A stretch of DNA of 64,000 nt from contig JBHHTW010000006.1 in assembly GCA_046861385.1 (NCBI GenBank), positions 1-64,000 of the forward strand. The letters are read 5' to 3'. The notes below the pieces were generated by a model. That model was not told the DNA's origin, did no database searches, and saw nothing but the letters and a program-made list of their open reading frames with translations. Every line of letters starts with the position of its first letter. Positions within the stretch are counted from its first letter, which is position 1. Shown here piece by piece: positions 12,922-22,764 of the stretch. The stretch is from Fidelibacterota bacterium. GTDB lineage: Bacteria; Fidelibacterota; Marinisomatia; Marinisomatales; TCS55. Position numbers and translations under genes: made by a program.

Positions 12922-14141
12922 TTTTTTAGTAGGTCTTCTACTTTTTCTAATCTCCCATCAATTTTTTCATAAGGCTTTAGCCCAAGTATTTCTGCAATGA
13001 GCGGATAGACGTGGATGTTCTCAAACGTAGGCCGCGTATATCCATTTTTGAATGCTGGTCCCTCTGCAAGAAATACAGCATGCATACTCCGTAACTCATT
13101 GTTGTATCCATGGGTACCGCCCTTTAAAAATTTCAGACTCCACTTATCGAACCCAAAGTATTTTTTATCCAAAATATACCAACCCTCATCTGCTACCAGT
13201 AGTATATCTTTTATCCTATAATGGTTTTTGAAATGGTATCGATCAGGAATTTCTTCCTTTTTGTATACCTCCATGTGAGGAACTGATTTCAATTTTTTTA
13301 ATATGTTTTTCAGTTTTTGCTTATCTTTTCCGTAGAGAAAAGAGAATGGTCCTGATCCTTCTTGTTCTATTTCAGAAAGGTTAACATAATCTGATAAATC
13401 GATTACCCTCTCAGGACTGATAGCAGCCATTCCGTGATCTGCAACAACAATTATGTTTAGGTTTGGATATATATCCAATTTTTCCGTAGCAGATAAAATT
13501 TTTCCCATAATGGTATCCATGGAATCTACCATGGCTTCAGTTTCCGGACTCTGGGGACCATAACGATGCCCTGAATCATCAGGTTCATGAAAATAGAGCA
13601 TGACCAGATGTGGTCGTCTCTCTTCCGGGAGGTTAAACCATTTTGCCACTGAATCAACCCTTGCAGGGAACGGAAAACTATGATCATATCTTTTCCAAAT
13701 ACTTGAATACACACCACCCACAGGCGCTTCGGAGCCTACCCAGAAATATGAGGCTGTTTTAACTCCCTGCTTTTCTGCTGTGACCCAAATGGGTTCTCCC
13801 CCATAAAACCGTGCGTCTTCAACCTTTGATCGATCACTCAATGTGAAATATTCGTCTATCTTTTCATCGTAGAAATAGTTTCCAACTAAACCGTGATTTT
13901 CTATGTACATACCGGTAGCAATACTGTAATGATTTGGAAAAGTTTTGGAAACAAAACACGGTTTTAGACCGTCTGCTTTTACACCATGTTCCGCTAATTT
14001 GTCGAAATTTGGTGTATCATACCAATCCAGATAATCCGCCCGGAATCCATCAAATGAAATTAGCAGTACATACGAATCTTTTGGCGTGTTGCCAAAAAGA
14101 AAAGTAAACAGTAAGAAATAAAGACATTTTTTCAATTTCAT
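12918..14141 (-). CDS. Ectonucleotide pyrophosphatase/phosphodiesterase (alkaline phosphatase superfamily)
   Basis: LISFDGFR, SKTFPNHYSIATG, EPDDSGH, ADHGM, GTHGY. Confidence 0.95.
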   Translation of the reverse strand: MKLKKCLYFLLFTFLFGNTPKDSYVLLISFDGFRADYLDWYDTPNFDKLAEHGVKADGLKPCFVSKTFPNHYSIATGMYIENHGLVGNYFYDEKIDEYFTLSDRSKVEDARFYGGEPIWVTAEKQGVKTASYFWVGSEAPVGGVYSSIWKRYDHSFPFPARVDSVAKWFNLPEERRPHLVMLYFHEPDDSGHRYGPQSPETEAMVDSMDTIMGKILSATEKLDIYPNLNIIVVADHGMAAISPERVIDLSDYVNLSEIEQEGSGPFSFLYGKDKQKLKNILKKLKSVPHMEVYKKEEIPDRYHFKNHYRIKDILLVADEGWYILDKKYFGFDKWSLKFLKGGTHGYNNELRSMHAVFLAEGPAFKNGYTRPTFENIHVYPLIAEILGLKPYEKIDGRLEKVEDLLKN

Positions 14142-14365
14142 TATCAGTCCTACATTGATTATTTAAACTATTAGCTTACTCCAGAAACCGCTAATTATCT
14201 CAAATTGTGAAATGCTATCTACTACAATATTTGAAGTGATGTTTTTCATGTTTTTACAACATTGCCTCTTCGAAGTAAATCAATATTACCGTGAAAAATT
14301 TTCGAGATTTCCCCGTTCTTCACCACCCCTATCAAGGTGAACGGTTTTACAAACCCTTTAAAAGT

Positions 14366-14387
14366 CCCCTCCTCGTACGAGGAGGGG
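14366..14387. repeat. Perfect 22-bp palindrome (REP-like) downstream of the DUF559 gene
   Basis: CCCCTCCTCGTACGAGGAGGGG is its own reverse complement. Confidence 0.85.
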
Positions 14388-14416
14388 TGCGAGGTGGTGT
14401 TAAAAATTGGGTGGCG

Positions 14417-14788
14417 TTAAATTCTGCTTATTTCCTTAATTTGTTTATATAAATCTTCAATGACGCCTTCAATATTATCATAGATATCCGTATTAAAATA
14501 TCGAATGAGTTTAATATTTTCTTTCTTTAATACGGCTTCTTTTCCTAAATCTTTTTCTTTCTGCTTTTCAAAAAGATGACTTTTTCCATCAACTTCTATT
14601 GCTAATCTGATTTCAGGACAATAAAAATCTATAGTATTTTTTTCAATGCTATACTGTCTTCTGAATTTTAATCCTTTTATTTGTTTGCCTTTTAAAAATG
14701 ACCAGAGAATAATTTCTGCTTTCGGCATATTTCTGCGCAATGCTTGACGTGTTTTTGTCATTTCCTTTGTATTATAAAATTCGGTCAT
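14417..14788 (-). CDS. DUF559 / Vsr-like endonuclease domain protein
   Basis: RQALRRNMPKAEIILW, KFRRQ, DFYCPEIRLAIEVDG.SH, IRYFN. Confidence 0.9.
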   Translation of the reverse strand: MTEFYNTKEMTKTRQALRRNMPKAEIILWSFLKGKQIKGLKFRRQYSIEKNTIDFYCPEIRLAIEVDGKSHLFEKQKEKDLGKEAVLKKENIKLIRYFNTDIYDNIEGVIEDLYKQIKEISRI

Positions 14789-14792
14789 TTAT

Positions 14793-15767
14793 CTAATTTT
14801 TTGGTACAAATCCTAAAAGTGAACCGGGGAATTTATCTGTTACGATTAAAAATCCCTCTTCATCCAAACGGACAATTCCTTCCCAATTTCGAGATTCGTT
14901 TTCATCCAATTCAATTTGAATTGGTTCGCGGGCTGTAAGTTGAATTTCCCCATCTCGTAATTTAAATTCAATCAACCGCTCTACCGCTTCAGAATTTTGA
15001 TGTGTTTCACCTTCGCCAAACATCGCGACAATCGGATCAAGTGCAGGTTTCAGTCTCTTTTTGTCACCCTTCCATAAATAGTTGATAGCCCAGAAGTTAT
15101 TTTGTGCATCCAATCGAGTCACATCCGTTATTCGATATTCTAGATTAGGATGGTCGATTTTTGATACGGAATAATCTTCCATTGAAACAACATACTGCCA
15201 TACAGAATCCCGAATATTTTTTCCATTGGCTTCATAAAAGAGAATAACATTGTCACTGTCGATGAGAGCACTCTCATAGGTCATGTTATTTACCTGAACC
15301 GGCACAGGTAATTCCAAGGGTGTTTGTTCACTGATTTTTGCTTCAAATGTATTAGGGTCAATGGTTCCCCATGTAATATACCCATGCATTTTTTTCCCTT
15401 CCTTTGCTTCCAGAGTTACCACAAACCGGTTACCATTGAAAGCAATCGATTCAAAGCCCTCAAATCCTGGTATTAATTTTGAATAATCTGGGGTAAGAAA
15501 CGGAGTTTGTCTGGGTTGTATGGGTTTAGGATTATCAGAATTCAGAGATTTAGAAATTTCATTTTTTGAAATCATAAACAGAAAACCGCCCAAGTTTTCT
15601 GGTAATAATACAAGATTATCTTCAAACCAATCTAATCCTGAAATTTCCTGTTTTGGATTTGTGATCAATCCTTTAAGTGGAATTTCTCTGAGTTTTGTTT
15701 CCTTCGCAATAAGGAAAGAAAATATAAATAGAATTGTCAGAGATAGATGTTTTGATTTCATAAACAT
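14793..15767 (-). CDS. Hypothetical exported beta-propeller-like protein
   Basis: Signal peptide; EISGL, FESIA and NWEGI...VTD repeats as in SdiA-regulated/esterase-like propellers. Confidence 0.55.
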   Translation of the reverse strand: MFMKSKHLSLTILFIFSFLIAKETKLREIPLKGLITNPKQEISGLDWFEDNLVLLPENLGGFLFMISKNEISKSLNSDNPKPIQPRQTPFLTPDYSKLIPGFEGFESIAFNGNRFVVTLEAKEGKKMHGYITWGTIDPNTFEAKISEQTPLELPVPVQVNNMTYESALIDSDNVILFYEANGKNIRDSVWQYVVSMEDYSVSKIDHPNLEYRITDVTRLDAQNNFWAINYLWKGDKKRLKPALDPIVAMFGEGETHQNSEAVERLIEFKLRDGEIQLTAREPIQIELDENESRNWEGIVRLDEEGFLIVTDKFPGSLLGFVPKN

Positions 15768-15868
15768 TGTACAAACATAGGTAAGAAAGGTTAATTATTG
15801 GTTGGAAACATAAAATAGAATGAATATTCAATCCGTTATATTTTTTCTTAACTTTCTACACGTTTATT

Positions 15869-16495
15869 ATGGATAATCTTCGCCATCAAATGGTTCATCA
15901 CCAGCTTCGTCAGCGTGGATTAAAAAATAAAGAGCTTCTCGCAGTGATGGAACGGGTTCCCAGGCATTTATTTGTTGAAAAAAAATATCAAAGTATTGCT
16001 TACGATGATAGACCATTACCCATAGGCTATGATCAAACCATTAGTCAGCCTTATATCGTTGGTTATATGACTGATCAACTAAATGTAATGCCTCATCACA
16101 TTGTGCTAGAAATTGGAACAGGGTGTGGATATCAAACTGCTATTTTATCGGAATTAGCCAGTAAAGTTTATTCAGTAGAACGAATTCCGGAATTAGCGAA
16201 ATCTGTACAACCCCGGCTTCATGAACTCGGATATAAAAATGTGGATGTCATCCTCGGCAACGGATGGAATGGTCACCAAAAAGAGGCTCCCTATGATCGA
16301 ATAATGGTTACAGCGGGGGCAAAAAAAATTCCAGAACCATTACTGGAGCAGTTAGCGTGTGGGGGCAGAATGGTCATCCCGGTAGGGCGAATGACTTTTA
16401 ACCAATTTCTGAAAATAGTGCGCAAAGATTCCTACGGAAATATATCCACAGAAACCACGCTCCCCGTCCGGTTTGTTAAGTTAAAGAAAAATTAA
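15869..16495 (+). CDS. pcm: Protein-L-isoaspartate O-methyltransferase
   Basis: VPRHLFV, QTISQPY, VLEIGTGCGYQTA, APYDRIMVTA, VRFV. Confidence 0.95.
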   Translation: MDNLRHQMVHHQLRQRGLKNKELLAVMERVPRHLFVEKKYQSIAYDDRPLPIGYDQTISQPYIVGYMTDQLNVMPHHIVLEIGTGCGYQTAILSELASKVYSVERIPELAKSVQPRLHELGYKNVDVILGNGWNGHQKEAPYDRIMVTAGAKKIPEPLLEQLACGGRMVIPVGRMTFNQFLKIVRKDSYGNISTETTLPVRFVKLKKN

Positions 16496-19461
16496 AACGG
16501 ATTAACGAGGGACAGCCTAATATAATTCACCGGCCATTCCCCATCCCGCCAACGATTAAAATCCTGTGCAGTACCATATGCAATGACTAGTCCAAGGAGA
16601 TTCATTCGCAATTCATAACCGCCGGTAAATAGCCAGTCCTCCACATTTTTATCACTGTACCAAGCGTTCCCAAAGTCAAGAAAACCGGCGAATATAAATT
16701 TTTCATTTCCAATTCTAGGTTCAACCGTCCCAAAAACCAGCCTGTCTCCCAATCGCCAATCATCCCAGCCCCTGAGATGCACTACTTCATCCACACCGAG
16801 AATATTAACTCCACCAATATAGATTGGAGTATCATTTGTAATGGCGGGTATATCTTGTGGAAGTGGATTATTACCAAGCATGGCAACTGTTTTTAATCTT
16901 CCAAAAAGAACAGCCGGGCTTTTTTTATGAGGTAGCCAATTAAAAAATGCATCTGTTGTAACCTTAGTAAAATCAAAGTCCCCGAAGATCTCTGAGCTGG
17001 CGGCATCCAACTGTACATTAAAACCAAATCCTTGTTTTGGTATCATAATGTTTTGTTTATGGGGTCTTTTGCTTTTGAACGTATAGTTTATGCTAAACAA
17101 CCCTTCTTTCCCGGATACAGGAACTGGCAAATAGCGTTTTGTATTCGTATTAATAACTTGAATTTCATCTGTTGATTCATTTACATCTGTAATAATGGAA
17201 GCTTTTCGATCTGTAATTTTCAATTGCCAGCCAAACACATGATTCTCAGAAAAACTTTTACCGGTGTTGTATGGTAAATATGACCAAAGTGCGATGCTAT
17301 TATTCTCCTCCAGCAGACCCCATTTAGACCGATCATATGGTTTTGTTTTTAAATCGAATAATGATGAAACATTAATTCCCCACATGGGGCCTCCCATTGC
17401 ATTGGTATACTGTAATAAAAATCGATGCGTCTTGGTTTGGGAAAAGTCAGCGAGAGCAACTCCAGTAAATATATGCCTGGTCATCGCATCTGCCCACTGA
17501 GTGAATCCGAGGACAGAATTTCCGAGGGGCAAAACCAATGAAGTAAGTTGCTTAAAACCCAATCGAGGCTGATAACGGTGTGTTTTAACTATTTTTACTT
17601 CTTTTTCCGGGTCTACGCCGGTGAGTAAAGCACTAGGTTCTGCTTTTCGCCAGGATGTGTATTTTTCTCTTAGTACAAGATCTTTTGTTGTGATTTCTCT
17701 ATAGGGATCGACATTGACTATGCGAACCGTATCTACATCAGGCAAAGTCATCGCCATGACTGAACTATCAATCACCGACCATTGGGCAGCCCAGACCGCG
17801 TCTCCTACGTCTGTTACTTGATTACTTTCACCAGTGGTTATATTAATAGTGTGAAGATTCGGGGTTGAGCCAGCATGGGACGTATAAGTAACAAAAAGCC
17901 CATTTGGATGCCAAACAGGTCCATAATCAGCTGCCGGGTCATCCGTTAACCGACGCATTTTACCTGTGTCCATTGTTAGTAAAAATAAATCCAGATTTGC
18001 TTTTTTATCGGCCATCGCAAAAACAATGGATTCTCCATCAGGTGAGAATTGAGGGCCTATAATCTGCGTATCATAATCAAAATGAGTTATTTCCTGTTGA
18101 TTGGATCCATCGCCATTCATAGTGTATAAATTGGCAATGCTGTTTCGGTGAGCCACAAAAACAATTTGTTCCCCATCCGGTGACCAATCAGGGTAGAGCG
18201 CCCGAAAAGAATGGGTCAGCCAGGTAGATTTTTCCGTATCAAGATTATACACTTTAATGTCATTTATCATGGATTGGTTTTCACCGAAATGATACTTTGC
18301 GTAGGCAAGTTTCCGCCCATCCGGTGACCAGTTAAATGCTTTATGGAATATTCCATAATCGACTTCATTTTTATCCCAGATTATGATGGGTTTGGGCTTT
18401 TTATTTTTTTCTTCATCTTTGCTAAAGAATTTTGCAAATAACCCCTTTTTTTTCTTTTTAGTTTTGACTTCTTTTTTAGCTTTTTTTTCTAATGCTTTTT
18501 TTCTTTTTATTCTTTGTTTTTTCTCTTTAACTGTATCTCTTTGGATAATGTAAAGAGATTGATCAAACTGATCCTCATCATCCTTTCCTGTTATGGCAAT
18601 CCGGGTACTATCACTATAAAAGGAAAATGATTGTAATTTTTTTATTGGAAGAGTCACTACTTTACCAATTTCTTCAATGGCTTCTTTTTGAGCGCGGTAA
18701 CCGTAATAGTATGTATTCATATGCCGACGCCAGTCCTCGTTAAATTGGTCAACTGTTATACCTGTGTGTTTTTTAAATGATTTCTCGAATTTGAATAAAC
18801 CCAATTTGTTTTGTTCGGAAAGTGTATTTACGATCGTTGAATCTCCAAACCGATCAGACCAATATAGAAGTTTTGAATATCCATCGTGATGAGGATCCAT
18901 TTCCTTTATTTTATTTTTTAGAATATGATATTTATGGCTGATATCCGCCCGGTAAGGACGCCAGCGTTCCGTTTCATATTCAGCAAGTCCTTCCACTACC
19001 CATCCCGGAGTCTTCGAAACAAGAAACGACCAGGGTTCCGGCAGCCAAGTATGTATCCGGTTGAAAAAAACAATGTGTTGTAATTCATGGGATAATACCT
19101 GAAAAAGCCATTTTTCATCTTCCAGCCAGATGGCTGCGTCGTTTTGGTCTACCCAGATGAAAGTGGTATTTGTCCACATGGCAAACCCGTTCATAATTTC
19201 ATCTTCTGTGGTAAAAATAATATCAATAATAGGGATATCTTCTAAATCCATTTGTTTAAGTAAGGTGGGCCTTACCTGCTCTGCAATGGACACTCCCTCG
19301 CGGGCAATTTCTTCGATTCCCTGATGATAATGAATGCGAAAATGCTCTGTTTCAATGGTGGACCAATTCAATTCTCCATGGGTTCGCCCGGTCCATTGCC
19401 AGGTTTGTCCCCAACTGAAAGAAATAAGAAATAAGAAAACAATATGATTACTAATTTTCAT
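16492..19461 (-). CDS. Exported protein: gluzincin-like domain, TolB/PD40 propeller and C-terminal Omp85-like barrel
   Basis: HELQH and EGLAEY; repeated WSPDG/FSPDG; LRGW, FLDFGNAW, terminal Phe. Confidence 0.75.
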   Translation of the reverse strand: MKISNHIVFLFLISFSWGQTWQWTGRTHGELNWSTIETEHFRIHYHQGIEEIAREGVSIAEQVRPTLLKQMDLEDIPIIDIIFTTEDEIMNGFAMWTNTTFIWVDQNDAAIWLEDEKWLFQVLSHELQHIVFFNRIHTWLPEPWSFLVSKTPGWVVEGLAEYETERWRPYRADISHKYHILKNKIKEMDPHHDGYSKLLYWSDRFGDSTIVNTLSEQNKLGLFKFEKSFKKHTGITVDQFNEDWRRHMNTYYYGYRAQKEAIEEIGKVVTLPIKKLQSFSFYSDSTRIAITGKDDEDQFDQSLYIIQRDTVKEKKQRIKRKKALEKKAKKEVKTKKKKKGLFAKFFSKDEEKNKKPKPIIIWDKNEVDYGIFHKAFNWSPDGRKLAYAKYHFGENQSMINDIKVYNLDTEKSTWLTHSFRALYPDWSPDGEQIVFVAHRNSIANLYTMNGDGSNQQEITHFDYDTQIIGPQFSPDGESIVFAMADKKANLDLFLLTMDTGKMRRLTDDPAADYGPVWHPNGLFVTYTSHAGSTPNLHTINITTGESNQVTDVGDAVWAAQWSVIDSSVMAMTLPDVDTVRIVNVDPYREITTKDLVLREKYTSWRKAEPSALLTGVDPEKEVKIVKTHRYQPRLGFKQLTSLVLPLGNSVLGFTQWADAMTRHIFTGVALADFSQTKTHRFLLQYTNAMGGPMWGINVSSLFDLKTKPYDRSKWGLLEENNSIALWSYLPYNTGKSFSENHVFGWQLKITDRKASIITDVNESTDEIQVINTNTKRYLPVPVSGKEGLFSINYTFKSKRPHKQNIMIPKQGFGFNVQLDAASSEIFGDFDFTKVTTDAFFNWLPHKKSPAVLFGRLKTVAMLGNNPLPQDIPAITNDTPIYIGGVNILGVDEVVHLRGWDDWRLGDRLVFGTVEPRIGNEKFIFAGFLDFGNAWYSDKNVEDWLFTGGYELRMNLLGLVIAYGTAQDFNRWRDGEWPVNYIRLSLVNPF

Positions 19462-19543
19462 TTAATATCCTCTTGAATTTTAAGAGTTAACATCGGTTTA
19501 AAATTAATGCCTATTATTGGGATGGCAATCGAATAACCAAAAT

Positions 19544-20398
19544 CTATTTAAAGTAGACTGTTTTGATATAACCGCCAAAATTCTCGTCGTCTGTTGCAAC
19601 CAGTATACCATTTTCAATCAATTCAAAAGCTTCCACTTTGTGTTGTTTGAACATAAATACCGGGTTAGCATTAGTGACAAGATGAAAGGGCATGCGGTTG
19701 TCTTTTAATTGAAATTGTCCGATTAGATAAATCGCCGAGGAAAAAGGTCCGTCGTCTCCCGGATCAGATGTGGCTGATATCCAGCAACGTCCGGACTCAT
19801 CCAATTTCAAATCAGCGATATGGCGGACATGTTCTGTGGGCCATGGAATCGAAATTTCTAAAGAATCCAGAGGATGAATCACTTTTTGATTCAAATCCAT
19901 CCAACCCCAATATAATTTCCCTGGATATTTGGATTTTCCCCGATGCCCCCACACCGCCATAGTCTTTTGCCCAAAAGACATGATATCAAAACCTTCCAGA
20001 TTGGTAGGCCAATTAATACCCGGGATCTGTATATAACCATTGTACACCAGCCTCATTTTAGCATGATCAAAAATTAGAAGGTGACATTTCCCCTGACTTT
20101 CCATGGCAATCATGTCTGTTAAACTTCCCGGGATTGTGGCAAGCGCTTCCAAATCAAAGGGTAATATTTCATCAGGCCATTCCAGCGTTTGATAGGCTGC
20201 TTTCTTTTGATCCAATTGGACAATTCCAGCTCGTCCCTCATAATCCCGTTTATTATCATGCACTACAACTATTTTATCTCCGGCAATAGCGATGCCGCTG
20301 ACAGATCGGGTGCGATCTGTGCCAATGGTGATCCAGTCATTTTGAGCGAATAAATTTGACAACAGACTGATGAGAATAAGGAAAACCAGATTTTTCAT
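19544..20398 (-). CDS. Hypothetical exported beta-propeller-like protein
   Basis: Signal peptide; SVSGI, DLEAL, NLEG, SDPGDDGPF, KVEA...ATDDEN. Confidence 0.55.
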   Translation of the reverse strand: MKNLVFLILISLLSNLFAQNDWITIGTDRTRSVSGIAIAGDKIVVVHDNKRDYEGRAGIVQLDQKKAAYQTLEWPDEILPFDLEALATIPGSLTDMIAMESQGKCHLLIFDHAKMRLVYNGYIQIPGINWPTNLEGFDIMSFGQKTMAVWGHRGKSKYPGKLYWGWMDLNQKVIHPLDSLEISIPWPTEHVRHIADLKLDESGRCWISATSDPGDDGPFSSAIYLIGQFQLKDNRMPFHLVTNANPVFMFKQHKVEAFELIENGILVATDDENFGGYIKTVYFK

Positions 20399-20450
20399 TG
20401 AAGTTTTCCGGATCGTTGAAAGATTAAAGTTAGATTGTGAGAATAATAAT

Positions 20451-21074
20451 TCATTGTGTTATTATTCCTATCTCATTGAGCATTTTTATCATATTTTCAT
20501 ACCCGGTGTAATGAATGGTGTTAAATCCCAGTTTTTTTGCCTGTTTAATATTAACCAACATATCATCAATAAAGATGGATTCATTTGGAGTCGCGCCAAT
20601 GTTTTTCAGCGCTTTGAGATAAATTTCTTTATTTGGCTTTCTGCAATTCATTTCAAAAGAATAAAATGTCCTGTGTACATTTTTTTGAAAACTGAATCGT
20701 TTATTTAGCTCATGTTTAATATGACGAGGATTAGTATTTGAGAGCAGATATACATGATATGAGTTTTTCAGTAAAGTCAACAGTTTGACTGTTTCTGTTT
20801 CATCCAATATTAATTTATCCCACCCTTTCCAAAAATCCGCTTCATTTAAATTATTGGGTTGGGGAAGTCCGTCTTTAACTGCCGAGAAAAATTCGTCATC
20901 TGAAAGGTGTCCTGTCTCGTACAACTCATGAGCTTCATGGGAAAACCCGTCTCTCAATATATCAACTGGCAGACCGGTGCAGTCACTCCAATATTGCAAA
21001 GATTGCAAAGGATCAATATTTAACAACACGCCGCCGATATCAAAGAAAATATGTTTAATTATTCCGTTTTTCAC
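20451..21074 (-). CDS. HAD-family phosphatase (YihX-like)
   Basis: FDIGGVL, LLSNTN, RKP, FIDD. Confidence 0.9.
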   Translation of the reverse strand: MKNGIIKHIFFDIGGVLLNIDPLQSLQYWSDCTGLPVDILRDGFSHEAHELYETGHLSDDEFFSAVKDGLPQPNNLNEADFWKGWDKLILDETETVKLLTLLKNSYHVYLLSNTNPRHIKHELNKRFSFQKNVHRTFYSFEMNCRKPNKEIYLKALKNIGATPNESIFIDDMLVNIKQAKKLGFNTIHYTGYENMIKMLNEIGIITQ

Positions 21075-21106
21075 TTTTGTTCATTCATAATATTAATTTT
21101 TTACAT

Positions 21107-21144
21107 CCCCCTAAGTCCCCCTTTCCAAAGGGGGATTATGGGGG
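21107..21144. repeat. REP-like palindromic element
   Basis: TCCCCCTTT-CC-AAAGGGGGA core (21116-21135) within CCCCCTAAG...TTATGGGGG. Confidence 0.75.
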
Positions 21145-21193
21145 TTATATCAAAAAATGAAATAATCATACTCAATCGTATAACGATGTTCTT

Positions 21194-21814
21194 TTACCAC
21201 TCAACCGGCCCTTCCACTAACCGCCATAAATACCATGAAGCCACTGTCCGGTATGGCTGCCAGGGTTCGGCTGTTTTCATCATGAATTCCAACGTCGGCA
21301 ATCCATCCAATTCGCAAAAGAGCTGCATCCCTTTTTGAATCCCCAAGTCTGTCACAGGAAGCACATCCGGCCGCTGAAGAGTGAACATTAAAAACATTTC
21401 TGCAGTCCAAGGACCTATGCCTTTAATAGCTGTTAAATGATTTATTATTTCATCATCTGCTAGTTTCTCTAAATCTTTGGGAATACTGCCATTGAAAAAA
21501 GCTTCGGCAATATTATGAACGTAATTTGCTTTCTGATTAGACAAACCAACTGAACGTATTTCATCGTGAGATTTGTTCATCACCTGTTCTGGCGTTGGAT
21601 ATTCATCTCCATTAAACAAATCCTGAAAGCGGCTGTAAATGGTGGAGGCAGCTTTGCCGCTTAATTGCTGATAAACCATTGCTCTTACGAGAGACTCAAA
21701 ATAATTCGTCTCTTCCCTGAATTCAGGAGCTCCATACTCATCAATCAGCTTGGCTAGTTTTTTGTCAACTTGTCTTAAATGGCTCAGTCCTTTTTTAATA
21801 TTCATTTTCCGCAT
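21194..21814 (-). CDS. alkA: DNA-3-methyladenine glycosylase II (AlkA/HhH-GPD)
   Basis: QQLSGKAA, LTAIKGIGPWTAEM, PVTDLG, WQPYRT. Confidence 0.9.
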   Translation of the reverse strand: MRKMNIKKGLSHLRQVDKKLAKLIDEYGAPEFREETNYFESLVRAMVYQQLSGKAASTIYSRFQDLFNGDEYPTPEQVMNKSHDEIRSVGLSNQKANYVHNIAEAFFNGSIPKDLEKLADDEIINHLTAIKGIGPWTAEMFLMFTLQRPDVLPVTDLGIQKGMQLFCELDGLPTLEFMMKTAEPWQPYRTVASWYLWRLVEGPVEW

Positions 21815-22542
21815 AGGTAAATCTGCAAATTACTTTCAGGCCCGAAGGGCGTTTTATCATAATCACCATATTTTTCTTTAATTACAAATCCCGCTTCTGA
21901 TAAAAGTCTGTCCATGGTATCCGGATAAATCATGTGCATGTCAAACTGATATTCATCAGGTTCATTTTTTCCATCCGTGTTAAAATACCATTCAATATGA
22001 TTAATTTGTTTTTCGCTGTCATATTCGTTGGTTTCACTCACAATGCAGTGGTCTTGATTGGGCCAGTCAAATTCCATTACGTAATATTTTTGTTTGTCTC
22101 TGTAAAGAAAAAGGGGGTCCGGGACAAATATATCAATTAAAAAAGTTCCTTTGTCAGCAAGATGCTTATAAACACATTTTAAGAAGGACCCAATATCATC
22201 ATTGGTCATTAAATGGCAAATAGAATTGAAACCGATAAAAATGAATCGGAATTTCTGATCCAAATTAAAATCCCTCATATCGCCTTCTATAAAATCAGCT
22301 CGACTTTGAAATGATTTCAATTTTGTCCGGGCATGTTGAACGAAATCGGAACTCAATTCAATTCCGGTGTACGTGTGCCCTCGTTCAAGGATGGACAATG
22401 CCAATCGTCCCGTTCCAGCTGCTAATTCCAAAATAGGGCCTTTAAGCTCATCTGCATAATCAGCTATGAATTCAATATCATTGGTTTTCCACCAATGGGC
22501 AGCATCGTACAACTCGGGATCTGAATAAATATCTTTAATCAA
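21802..22542 (-). CDS. Class I SAM-dependent methyltransferase
   Basis: ILELAAGTGR, GDMRDF; TTG start. Confidence 0.9.
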   Translation of the reverse strand: MIKDIYSDPELYDAAHWWKTNDIEFIADYADELKGPILELAAGTGRLALSILERGHTYTGIELSSDFVQHARTKLKSFQSRADFIEGDMRDFNLDQKFRFIFIGFNSICHLMTNDDIGSFLKCVYKHLADKGTFLIDIFVPDPLFLYRDKQKYYVMEFDWPNQDHCIVSETNEYDSEKQINHIEWYFNTDGKNEPDEYQFDMHMIYPDTMDRLLSEAGFVIKEKYGDYDKTPFGPESNLQIYLCGK

Positions 22543-22764
22543 AATTTGGCTCGTGTTTTATGTTTTATAAGTAGGTGATTTTTTAAAGCAGCAAACTTAA
22601 TCTAATAACACTATGAGAGTCGTGTATTTTCCCTATCTCAAACTAAAAAAATATATGACCATTGAATTATCTTTTTACAATAATATAAAATGTAAATGTA
22701 TTTAACGTTTAATACTGTATTCGTAAGTTATGGTAATGGGCGTTTGTATCGAAACGAAGAAGTA

